Origin: a virus
Strand: one strand, 5' to 3'
IMG/VR virus record: IMGVR_UViG_3300045988_135475
Span: 1 to 36,806 of that record
DNA length: 36,806 nt
The notes beneath the pieces are model-generated. The model did no database searches and was not told the DNA's origin. It worked only from the letters and a program-made list of their open reading frames with translations. Both the position numbers and the translations under genes were made by a program. Below, piece after piece: positions 1-8,124 of the stretch (the first letter of the stretch is position 1; each line of letters starts with the position of its first letter).

Positions 1-55
1 AATTCTTTTATGAGGAGATTTAAAAGTGTATAACATAGTAATTACTAGAAAAAAA
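1..55. repeat. Terminal direct repeat: nt 1-55 are identical to nt 36752-36806 (circular or terminally redundant contig; unit length about 36751 bp)
   Basis: Exact 55-nt match between window start and end, read directly. Confidence 0.9.
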
Positions 56-538
56 GCAAAAGTATTATTAAAGTTTGTGGATAAGCTTAAAGATGGACCT
101 GTACATTTAAGAGTGTTTGAAGAAGAAAATAATCTTAACATACAACAAAGATACAATTATATAAAAACACTTAAAAAATTAGATTTAAATTTAATTGTAA
201 AGGGCGAAAAAGAAGAAAAGATAGTTACTCTAGCAACAAAAGAAAATTTATTTAAAGCTATTGCATTTTTAAAGTATAGAATTGATAAAAGCAAAACATT
301 TGAAGAGTATTACAACTTAGAAATTGCATCAATGAATTTTAATAAAAAATCTATAATTGCCCTTATAGAGGAATATAAGGCATACAAGAAAACTAGAGAA
401 GAAGTTATTAATTCATTAAATGTATTGTTAGCTCCAAGCACTCATACAGAAAAGAATATAATAAAAAGCACTTATGAGGAATGGAGAAGAAATTTTATGA
501 TTATGGAGAGTGATCCTAATGAGTATTATAGATGTTAA
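26..538 (+). CDS. hypothetical early protein (GTG start; continues the gene order from the window end)
   Basis: 170-aa ORF, GGAGA RBS upstream, no recognisable motif. Confidence 0.4.
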   Translation: MYNIVITRKKAKVLLKFVDKLKDGPVHLRVFEEENNLNIQQRYNYIKTLKKLDLNLIVKGEKEEKIVTLATKENLFKAIAFLKYRIDKSKTFEEYYNLEIASMNFNKKSIIALIEEYKAYKKTREEVINSLNVLLAPSTHTEKNIIKSTYEEWRRNFMIMESDPNEYYRC

Positions 539-740
539 AAGAGAATACAATTATTGGTTAGGTAGATATATGAAAGCTGAAGCTTTTATTAATTCCAGTA
601 CAGAAGAAGTTATTGAAAAGCATCTTGAATTATTTTATCAAGTTGTAAGGGAATTAAGTAAGTTAATAGATGTTTATTTTAAATTAACAGGAAAAGAAAT
701 GACAAGTTACGAAAAAAATAATGGATTTAAGGAGGTATAG
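510..740 (+). CDS. hypothetical protein
   Basis: 76-aa ORF co-oriented and overlapping the upstream gene. Confidence 0.35.
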   Translation: MILMSIIDVKREYNYWLGRYMKAEAFINSSTEEVIEKHLELFYQVVRELSKLIDVYFKLTGKEMTSYEKNNGFKEV

Positions 741-743
741 TCA

Positions 744-1052
744 ATGAAAAAGGAAAGCTTAATAACAGATATAGCTTTAGAAGTTGCTAATTTAGTAGAA
801 AAGAAAAATCATGATTATGGAAATAGTTTTGATAAAACTGTAGAGGAATATGGTGAGGTTGCTTATTTTTTAAGAATAGAGGACAAGTTAAGCAGGTTAA
901 AAAGTCTTAATAAGAAAGATGCAGCAGTAGTTAGTGAAAGTGTAGAGGACACACTTAAAGATATTATAGGTTACACATTATTAATGATTAATTACAAGAG
1001 AGAAAAAGAGTATGCTAAGGAAGAAAATTATTTTATAAAGGATAAGGTATAA
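744..1052 (+). CDS. possible all-alpha NTP pyrophosphohydrolase (MazG-like); tentative
   Basis: AAGGAGG RBS; KNHDYGNSF and acidic EEYGEV segments resemble phage MazG/HisE-like NTP-PPases; weak. Confidence 0.3.
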   Translation: MKKESLITDIALEVANLVEKKNHDYGNSFDKTVEEYGEVAYFLRIEDKLSRLKSLNKKDAAVVSESVEDTLKDIIGYTLLMINYKREKEYAKEENYFIKDKV

Positions 1053-1057
1053 AACTT

Positions 1058-1306
1058 ATGTGTAGCAATATCACAGATGATGATGAAGTATATAGATTGT
1101 ATAAAATGTTGAATGCAACATGGGAGAAAACTTCATATGTTGGAAACAAGGAAACATTGTTTAAAATTTGGAGAAGTTTATGCCAATCAAATATTTATCT
1201 TTTTGATGTGAGAAAAGAAGATATAGATAAAGAAAAGAACAATTTTGAAATAAGTGCGAATGAAGGGAATGGTGTAAATGAAAGTTTATCAAATAATGGA
1301 GTATAG
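1058..1306 (+). CDS. hypothetical protein
   Basis: 82-aa ORF. Confidence 0.3.
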   Translation: MCSNITDDDEVYRLYKMLNATWEKTSYVGNKETLFKIWRSLCQSNIYLFDVRKEDIDKEKNNFEISANEGNGVNESLSNNGV

Positions 1307-1501
1307 AAATTGTGATGAACATTATAGTTGGGGAATATACTCATCTGAAGAAAATGCAAGACTTTACTTAAAGCAAAAAGGATGGGATAAATGTGATGAT
1401 TTTGAAATTATATCATATGAGTTAGATGAAAAATTAAATAAGTAACAAACAATTCAAAATTAGGACTTTGAAATTACTATGAGATAAAAGGAGGGTTTAA
1501 A

Positions 1502-1618
1502 ATGTTAGAACGAATATATGAAAAAATAACTGGTCGCTGTTGGCATGTATATTCTAAAATGCCAGAACATGTAGTTTTATATAAATGCTTAAAGTGTGAG
1601 AAAGTTATAAGTAAGTAA
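1502..1618 (+). CDS. small Cys-containing (zinc-ribbon-like) protein, 38 aa
   Basis: Strong RBS AAAAGGAGGG 6 nt upstream; C-x-H ... C-x-x-C pattern; below ORF-track length cutoff. Confidence 0.3.
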   Translation: MLERIYEKITGRCWHVYSKMPEHVVLYKCLKCEKVISK

Positions 1619-1651
1619 CTCGCAATTCAAAAATAGTATGGGGTAAATGTT

Positions 1652-1912
1652 ATGGAGCAGTTAAGTTTTATCGAAGAAAGTTTGCAGGAGAATGTTATTA
1701 AACAAATGCAAAAAGCAGTTAAAAAGGGAATAGTACCAGGAGCTATAGTTATTTTTGATAATGACAAGAAAGATAGAAATATAGTAAAGAGTTTATTTAT
1801 AGGAAGTGAAAATAAAATAGAAGTAAGTCTTATATCAGAAAGTGGTTACTCTGTTATGAGCTATCCAGCATTAAGCGATAGATTAAGTGTAGTAGATTAT
1901 TATAAACTTTAA
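1652..1912 (+). CDS. hypothetical protein
   Basis: 86-aa ORF preceded by the AATTCAAAAATA motif and GGGG RBS. Confidence 0.35.
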   Translation: MEQLSFIEESLQENVIKQMQKAVKKGIVPGAIVIFDNDKKDRNIVKSLFIGSENKIEVSLISESGYSVMSYPALSDRLSVVDYYKL

Positions 1913-1946
1913 TAATTCAAAAATATTATGGAAAAAGGAGATAATT

Positions 1947-2411
1947 ATGATTAAAGTAAAGAAGTTAATACCAGATGCTATTATACCACAAAGGGGCAGA
2001 AGCGGTGATGCTTGTTATGACCTATACACAAGTGAGGAAGTTTTTCTAAGAGAATCGAAGGGTAAGGTACTTGCTCCAACAGGTATTGCATTAGAATTAC
2101 CAGTAAATTATGAAGCGGAGATAAGACCAAGAAGTGGGATAAGCTTAAAGGGATTAGAAGTTAAAAGGTTAAGTGATGATGTTCCAGAGATTGTTGATGT
2201 AGATGTTATTCAAGGCACTATAGATAGTAATTATAGAGGTGAAATAAATATAATAATTAGATATTCATCTTTTTATCAAACTTATATACCAAAAGGTACT
2301 AAATTAGCTCAAATGAAAATAAATTATGTTCCCGATACAGAATTAATTGAAGTTGAAGAACTATCAGATAGCAATCGTGGGACAAAGGGTTTTGGGTCAA
2401 GTGGAGTTTAA
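1947..2411 (+). CDS. dut: dUTP diphosphatase (dUTPase)
   Basis: Motifs RSGDACYDL (motif 1), RPRSG, IDSNYRGEI (motif 3); AAGGAG RBS. Confidence 0.8.
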   Translation: MIKVKKLIPDAIIPQRGRSGDACYDLYTSEEVFLRESKGKVLAPTGIALELPVNYEAEIRPRSGISLKGLEVKRLSDDVPEIVDVDVIQGTIDSNYRGEINIIIRYSSFYQTYIPKGTKLAQMKINYVPDTELIEVEELSDSNRGTKGFGSSGV

Positions 2412-2513
2412 AATATTTTTAGTAGTTAACATAATAACAGTTATAGTTAACATGGTTATTTTACTTAAGATAGCAAAGAAATTAGATATAAAACTGTAAA
2501 GGGAGAATATAAA

Positions 2514-2684
2514 ATGGCAATTGATTTTAAAAAGCTTTATGAAAGCAGAATTAAAGAAATAGATATACAAATTAAAAAAGCCATTCAATTAAAGAAATGG
2601 GCGGTTAAGAAAAGTTTAGAGGAAGAAAAAGAAAGACTTTTAGCTCATATTAGTTTAATAGATAAGAACAATTGTTGTGTTTAA
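2514..2684 (+). CDS. small hypothetical protein (56 aa)
   Basis: RBS AAGGGAG; charged coiled-coil-like sequence; below ORF-track cutoff. Confidence 0.3.
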   Translation: MAIDFKKLYESRIKEIDIQIKKAIQLKKWAVKKSLEEEKERLLAHISLIDKNNCCV

Positions 2685-2693
2685 AGTCGATAT
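2684..2693 (+). promoter_or_regulatory. AAGTCGATAT motif copy 1 (candidate promoter/activator element, 170 nt upstream of primase gene)
   Basis: One of four intergenic AGTCGATA sites, each followed by a TATWWW-like box. Confidence 0.35.
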
Positions 2694-2864
2694 TTTAAAA
2701 GTAAAATAAATAAGCTTACAGGTGCGAACTGTAAGCCTAAATAACAGATAAAGTATTACCAGTACCTTACCTAATGCATATTGCAACTATAATATTACCA
2801 GTATTTTAAGTTGGAGTAAATGGTATGGACTGGTTTTACTTGACCTAAAATAGGAGGTATAAAG

Positions 2865-4943
2865 ATGAAAATAGAAGAATTAGACTTGAAGTCTATAATT
2901 GAGAGTGAAACTAATAGTAGATTTAATAGAAATAATAAAATATGTTGTCCTATACACAAAGAAAAAACTCCTAGTTTATCTTTAGATACTAAAAGAAATA
3001 AATGGCGTTGCTTTGGTTGTGGGTGTGGAGGAGATGCTATTGACTTCATAAGAGAAGTTAGGGGGCTAAATTATGTAGAAGCTTGCCAGTATCTTGGAGT
3101 TGACCTTAACGAAGATTATAAAGCAATTGTAGAGGAAGAAGAAAAGGTAAGAAATTATATTAACTGGTGTTTAGATCACATGGATAACTTAAAAGATTGG
3201 AAGTTAATTAAGTTATATAGATTTGAAGATGAAGATAATAAAACACTTTATTTTACTGCTAAATTTTCAACTCCAACTAAGAAAGAAATAAGATATTTCA
3301 GTATAGTTGATGGAAAGGTTGAATGGAATAGAAATTCCGATGCAGTTCCTTATAAACTTTCAAGATTAACAAGAGCATTGCAAGAGAATAAGCCAATATT
3401 CATTGTAGAGGGTGAAAAAGATGCCGATACAATAAGTCATTTAGGATATGTAGCGACTTCTCTAAAGGGAATTAAGAACTTACCTATAAATATATTCCAA
3501 GATGCAAATATCTACTCTATAGCTGATACAGGGAAAGCAGGAGAGCAGTATCAAGAGAAAATTTGGTATGAATTAAAGGATAAAATTAAGCATTTTAGAG
3601 TTGTAGATTTACCAGGATTAGAATTATTAGGAGATAATGCAGATGTAACTGATTGGTTTCAAGATGGTCATACTAAAGAAGAATTTAAAGCGGCTATGAA
3701 AGACAATTGGGATTGGAAAGTAAGTAAACTTTATAAATATGTTACTTTTGATAAAAATATGAAAGCAAAACCACTACTTGTATGGGAAAACTTGGAGATA
3801 TTACTTAAAAGAAAAGGTATCACTTTAAAATATAATGAATTGTCTAAATCAATAGAGTATTTCGGGACAATTAATTCTAGCTTAAATAATAATGCTACTT
3901 TAGAAGATATTTATTCATTATGCCATAAAGAGCATTTTAAAATATCAAAGGAAAACTTAGCTGCAGCACTTAATAGAATAGCTCAAAAATATAAATATAA
4001 TCCTGTACAGGGATATTTAGAGGAATGCTTAAAAAAATATGATAAAACCAACCTCTACATAAAAGCATTATGTGAAACAATAGTTACTCCAGAAGGCTAT
4101 GATGAAAATATCAAAGAAATGTTTGTAACTAAATGGCTTTTAAATGTTTGCAATATAGCTTTTAATGATGGAACAGTAGGAAGTGAAGGAATATTAGTAA
4201 TTCAAGGAGCACAAGGTTTAGGGAAAACTCGATGGATTAAGTCAATAGTTCCAAATAAGCTTTGGGTAAAGACAGGATTAGAAGTAGATCCATCTGATAA
4301 AGATAAAGTTTATCAAGCTACTAAGTATTGGATAACAGAACTTGGAGAACTTGATGCAACTCTTAAGAAAGACCAAGCTAAATTAAAGGCATTTTTCACA
4401 GAGAGCATGGACGAGTACAGAAGACCATATGAAAGATTTACTGAAAGCTATCCTAGACTTACTGCATTTTATGCAACAGTAAATAAGGAAGAGTTCCTTA
4501 AAGATGAAACAGGTAATAGAAGATATTGGACAATACCAGCTAAGGAAATGATAGTAGAGCATTATATAGAACTAGACCAACTTTGGGGTGAAGTAATGTA
4601 CAAGCTAAGAGTAGAGAAATTCCCTTATTGGTTAACTGATATTGAAAAAGAATTATTGAAAAAGAATAATGAAAGCTTTGAAGTAAAAGATGAAACCTAT
4701 ACAAGAATAGCCGATAGTTTTGTATGGGAAACTGATAAAGACTTTTGGTGTGAAAGATTTACCGGTACTGAAATAGCTGAATTATTGAATATTAAAAATA
4801 TGACAACTATAAAATCAACCTTAGAGAAATTTGGAGTTAAACAGAAAAAAAGTGGTAGTAAAAGATTCTATGAATTACCGCCATTAGCTGGAAATGTAAT
4901 TAATAAATTAGATTCAAAAAGGAATTATAGTTATGGATATTAA
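2865..4943 (+). CDS. DNA primase / helicase (CHC2 zinc-finger + TOPRIM primase fused to P-loop VirE/D5-like NTPase)
   Basis: CCPIHKEKTPS..WRCFGCGCGGDAIDF zinc finger; IFIVEGEKDADT TOPRIM; GAQGLGKT Walker A. Confidence 0.8.
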   Translation: MKIEELDLKSIIESETNSRFNRNNKICCPIHKEKTPSLSLDTKRNKWRCFGCGCGGDAIDFIREVRGLNYVEACQYLGVDLNEDYKAIVEEEEKVRNYINWCLDHMDNLKDWKLIKLYRFEDEDNKTLYFTAKFSTPTKKEIRYFSIVDGKVEWNRNSDAVPYKLSRLTRALQENKPIFIVEGEKDADTISHLGYVATSLKGIKNLPINIFQDANIYSIADTGKAGEQYQEKIWYELKDKIKHFRVVDLPGLELLGDNADVTDWFQDGHTKEEFKAAMKDNWDWKVSKLYKYVTFDKNMKAKPLLVWENLEILLKRKGITLKYNELSKSIEYFGTINSSLNNNATLEDIYSLCHKEHFKISKENLAAALNRIAQKYKYNPVQGYLEECLKKYDKTNLYIKALCETIVTPEGYDENIKEMFVTKWLLNVCNIAFNDGTVGSEGILVIQGAQGLGKTRWIKSIVPNKLWVKTGLEVDPSDKDKVYQATKYWITELGELDATLKKDQAKLKAFFTESMDEYRRPYERFTESYPRLTAFYATVNKEEFLKDETGNRRYWTIPAKEMIVEHYIELDQLWGEVMYKLRVEKFPYWLTDIEKELLKKNNESFEVKDETYTRIADSFVWETDKDFWCERFTGTEIAELLNIKNMTTIKSTLEKFGVKQKKSGSKRFYELPPLAGNVINKLDSKRNYSYGY

Positions 4944-4979
4944 TAAATTGAAATTATTGTGAGGAAAGGAGCTTGGAAA

Positions 4980-5351
4980 ATGAAGTTGCATAAATTAAAA
5001 ATATTACCTAAGTATTATGAAAAAGTTCTATCTAAAGAAAAGATGTTTGAAATAAGAAAAGATGATAGAAATTTTAAAGTTGGAGATATTATAAGACTTT
5101 GTGAACATGATGGTAAAGAGTTTACTGGTAGAGATAGCTTATATACTGTTACTTATAAATTAAATGGTGGAGAGTACGGATTAGAGGAAGGATATTGCAT
5201 TTTGTCAATAAGCCCTTATGAAGAAATAAATAAAAATCAAATAGAAAATATAATTTGGCACATAGAAAACAATAGAGAGTTTTCTGGAGATACTAGGGTG
5301 CTGAATGATGTATTGAAAGCATTAAAAAATATAGAAAAATGCTTAAAGTAG
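4980..5351 (+). CDS. ASCH-like / DUF3850-family protein
   Basis: N-terminus KLHKLKILPKYYEKVLSKEKMFEIRKDDRNFKVGD resembles DUF3850 (ASCH fold); ATG 4980 has AAAGGAG RBS (track start GTG 4959). Confidence 0.45.
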   Translation: MKLHKLKILPKYYEKVLSKEKMFEIRKDDRNFKVGDIIRLCEHDGKEFTGRDSLYTVTYKLNGGEYGLEEGYCILSISPYEEINKNQIENIIWHIENNREFSGDTRVLNDVLKALKNIEKCLK

Positions 5352-5421
5352 ATTGAAAAAAATGCGAAGTAGTGGAGGAATATGAATTATAACTCGAAAT
5401 TCAAATAATAGGAGGAAAAGA

Positions 5422-5625
5422 ATGTATTACAGAGCAGATATATATAAGGATGCAGTAGTTAAGAATAGTTTTATTGCAAATAGTGTAGAAGTTCTAAAGA
5501 GTAAAGCAGAGCCTTATATAAAAGACGATAAAGTTACACAAATAGTAGTGTCAGAGGTTAAAGATATTGGATTCTTTAAAGTTCCGTCTGAACTGGAAGA
5601 GTATTTAAAATGTAAAATATTATAG
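5422..5625 (+). CDS. hypothetical protein
   Basis: 67-aa ORF, AGGAGG RBS, preceded by AACTCGAAATTCAAATAATA motif. Confidence 0.4.
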   Translation: MYYRADIYKDAVVKNSFIANSVEVLKSKAEPYIKDDKVTQIVVSEVKDIGFFKVPSELEEYLKCKIL

Positions 5626-5651
5626 TGAATGATTAAATTAAAGGAGGATTT

Positions 5652-5846
5652 ATGAAAGATTTATTTATTGAAATCAATGCTAAATTAAAAAAGATATTAG
5701 GGTTATGCAATTCTAAACATTGCTATAAGAGAGCAATAGCGGATATTTATATACCTGCAATAGACACCAAAAGGTGCTTATGTGATAAACATTTATTAGA
5801 ATTTCAAAAGATGGATTTAATAAGTTCTATTCGCAAAAAAAAGTAA
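5652..5846 (+). CDS. hypothetical Cys-rich small protein
   Basis: 64-aa ORF, AAGGAGG RBS; C..C..HC and C.C spacing. Confidence 0.4.
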   Translation: MKDLFIEINAKLKKILGLCNSKHCYKRAIADIYIPAIDTKRCLCDKHLLEFQKMDLISSIRKKK

Positions 5847-5875
5847 TGAATAATTCAAAAATATTACGAGGGAAC

Positions 5876-6040
5876 ATGATAAAAAGAAAATATTTAATTA
5901 AAAATAAAAATGTTGAAGGTTGGTTCAATTGGTATCAAATGATATATCAATACATGAGAATTAAACCAATTAAGGGGTTCTACTTTGCTATAAAAAGAAT
6001 TATTCAAAGTAGACAAAAGAATTCAAAAAAAATATTGTGA
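5876..6040 (+). CDS. hypothetical basic small protein (likely true start 5876, not 5846)
   Basis: Track ATG 5846 lies inside the repeated motif ATGAATAATTCAAAAATA; in-frame ATG 5876 follows GAGGG RBS. Confidence 0.35.
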   Translation: MIKRKYLIKNKNVEGWFNWYQMIYQYMRIKPIKGFYFAIKRIIQSRQKNSKKIL

Positions 6041-6062
6041 AATAATAAAAGGAGAGTATTAA

Positions 6063-6632
6063 ATGAAAATAACAGTTAAGCCAATTACAGAAAGCAAGAG
6101 AATATTAGATAAATGCAGATTAACAGTAAATAAAGAACCTAGTAAAAATTCTAGGCCCAGTACAGTATTCCTAGATAATATTTATATGTCGGAACATTCA
6201 CCTATAAGAGAAAAGTTATTTGATGTATACATAGAGGATATTCCGTATTGTATAAGCACTCACTTTGTTAGACATCATCAAGGCATAGAGAAGTATGTTA
6301 CAACTTCAAGAAGCGATAGAACGGATATTGCAGATAGGTCGCAAAGAAGTCAAATGGATTTAGTTTCTATGAGCATGACAGTAAATTCACAGGCATTAAT
6401 TAATATGAGCAAGGTAAGATTATGTTGGTGTGCAGATAAAGATGCTAGAAAAGTAATGTTTGAAATAGTTAGGCAAGTAAAAGAATTAGAACCAGAGTTA
6501 GGAAGTAAATTAGTTCCTAGTTGTGTATATAGGGGATTTTGTTCTGAAGGAAATGCAAGTTGCGGTTACACTAGAGAGTTCCTACAGAATTGGAGAAAAG
6601 AATACTTGAATAGAAGAAAACAAATATTATAG
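6063..6632 (+). CDS. hypothetical protein; faint resemblance to flavin-dependent thymidylate synthase ThyX (unverified)
   Basis: SEHSPIREKLF..ISTHFVRHH and DARKVMFEIVRQ loosely recall ThyX EH..F.I...THQLVRHR and AQ.EIR segments; Cys-rich C-terminus is atypical. Confidence 0.3.
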   Translation: MKITVKPITESKRILDKCRLTVNKEPSKNSRPSTVFLDNIYMSEHSPIREKLFDVYIEDIPYCISTHFVRHHQGIEKYVTTSRSDRTDIADRSQRSQMDLVSMSMTVNSQALINMSKVRLCWCADKDARKVMFEIVRQVKELEPELGSKLVPSCVYRGFCSEGNASCGYTREFLQNWRKEYLNRRKQIL

Positions 6633-6637
6633 TTTAA

Positions 6638-6667
6638 GGGAAGGTGTAAAAACCTTCTTTTTTTATT
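6638..6667 (+). terminator. rho-independent terminator after the 6063-6632 gene
   Basis: GGGAAGGT gtaaaa ACCTTC hairpin followed by an 8-T run. Confidence 0.6.
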
Positions 6668-6705
6668 GCCTATACAAAAGAATATGCTCATTATATTAAA
6701 AAATA

Positions 6706-7040
6706 TTTTTGGGACAGTTGGGACAAGACTAGGGACAGGGGCAGCAAAAAGTGGGACAGGCTTGGGACAGAGCAATAAAAATAAATTGAAATAATTGTAA
6801 AATTATTAGAAATAAATTACAGTAGAATTTTGCAATTTGGGACAGGTAGAGCAATTTGGGACAGGCTTGGGACAGGCATTTTTTAATAGGTGTCCCACAT
6901 GAAAGCTAGTAAAATCAATGGGTCAGAGGTAATTGGGACAGTTGGGACAATAAAATATTATAAATAATAGAAATATATATATATTATATATAATAGTACT
7001 TTATAGAAAAAAGGTGTCCCCGTGTCCCTTGTGTCCCAAG
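6706..7040. repeat. Iteron array: 10 direct copies of (T)TGGGACAG, 4 inverted copies (TGTCCC) and an AT-rich block at 6950-7010
   Basis: GGGACA at 6710, 6719, 6731, 6752, 6763, 6838, 6857, 6868, 6934, 6943; TGTCCC at 6890, 7014, 7022, 7031. Confidence 0.85.
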
Positions 7041-7097
7041 AGGTATTATTAAGATAATGATAAGAACTTGCGGAGCATATCACTAAAACATTAACAA

Positions 7098-7107
7098 AAG
7101 TCGATAT
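7098..7107 (+). promoter_or_regulatory. AAGTCGATAT motif copy 2, 47 nt upstream of terS
   Basis: AAGTCGATATATTAAG; shared GC-containing 10-mer at operon heads. Confidence 0.35.
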
Positions 7108-7154
7108 ATTAAGTATAAAGTTGTTACATTGTTACAGGAGGTGATTAGTAAGAA

Positions 7155-7574
7155 ATGTATGAGTTTAAGGAACTAGATACTAGACAATTAAAAGCTATTG
7201 AATTACTTGCAAGTGGAGAAACTGTAAGGGTTGTAGCTGATTCAGTAGGGGTGAATAGAAAGACGGTATATGACTGGTTAAAAAAAGAGAATTTTAAAGC
7301 AGAGCTGGACAGGCAAGTCAAGGAATTAAAATCTAACGTTGAGAAGAAATTATTATCGAATGTTAATCCTTTCCTTGATGAACTTACTAAAATAGCCTTG
7401 TACAGTGATAGTGATAAGACTAGACTAGATGCTATAACTTATTGTATTAACAGGCTTGTAGGAACTCCAACTAAGGTCCAACAGGATATAACAGAGAAAG
7501 AAGAAATGCAAACAAATAGCAAAGCTGATATTCAAGAAATGTTGAAAAAGGTAAGACAAAAGAGTGCTATATAA
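7155..7574 (+). CDS. terS: terminase small subunit (HTH DNA-binding)
   Basis: N-terminal HTH (TVRVVADSVGVNRKTVYDWLKK); sits directly upstream of the large terminase; GGAGGTG RBS. Confidence 0.55.
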   Translation: MYEFKELDTRQLKAIELLASGETVRVVADSVGVNRKTVYDWLKKENFKAELDRQVKELKSNVEKKLLSNVNPFLDELTKIALYSDSDKTRLDAITYCINRLVGTPTKVQQDITEKEEMQTNSKADIQEMLKKVRQKSAI

Positions 7575-7815
7575 AAACTGCATGTTTTACCTAATATGCG
7601 CAGTTTTATTGAAGAATGACAGTATTACTTGTTTGTATAGGTATAGGATAATGCATTAAATAATTAAAATAACCAAAAGCGCAGTTTTATTTGTGTTTTT
7701 AGGCTAAAGTTTAGTAATTCTATACTTTATATGCCAAATAGGGGGTATGCTTCTATTTTGGTGTTTTGGGGGTATATGGCGGTAAGCTACACAAAATTTT
7801 ATCCCAAATTTTAAG

Positions 7816-8019
7816 TTGAGGGGAGTTTTAGAAATGAATTATTGCCATGAGTATGGTAGAAATGTTTTAATTAACCATATAATTGACTTATATCAAGAAT
7901 TAGAAGGTGAGTTTGACAAAGAAAGCATAGAGTTATGCAGAGATAGATTGAGTTTTAAAAATGATAGTGAATTGCTATTTGAATATGGGAAGAGTTATGA
8001 GCTGGTGTATGACAAGTAG
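7816..8019 (+). CDS. hypothetical protein
   Basis: 67-aa ORF between terS and terL, GAGGGGAG RBS. Confidence 0.35.
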   Translation: MRGVLEMNYCHEYGRNVLINHIIDLYQELEGEFDKESIELCRDRLSFKNDSELLFEYGKSYELVYDK

Positions 8020-8124
8020 GGAGGTGGGACTATTCTTTACTATGATAATAGAGAATTTGAAGAAATAGATGAATATGAATTATATGTATTAGATAAATTT
8101 CTAACCAAACATTACGGAGATGAA

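Noticed and set aside
1-55. True biological direct terminal repeat
   Set aside because: A 55-nt exact end overlap is more simply explained by circular assembly of a circularly permuted or circular genome. It is kept as an observation but not called a DTR.
3318-3335. Extra operator copy TGGAAT-AGAA-ATTCC inside the primase gene
   Set aside because: Half-sites are in reversed order (TGGAAT first) with a 4-nt spacer, inside coding sequence. Likely chance.
6706-7040. CRISPR array
   Set aside because: Repeat core is only 6-9 nt, spacing is irregular (1-70 nt), both orientations occur, and there is no leader or cas context. Iterons or protein-binding sites fit better.
7580-7815. Repeats GCGCAGTTTTATT (x2) and GGGGGTAT (x2) between terS and the next ORF as a distinct element
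   Set aside because: Short, only two copies each, and AAAACTGC...GCAGTTTT makes only a weak A/U-rich stem. Could be a terS terminator/pac-associated sequence, but evidence is too thin to call.
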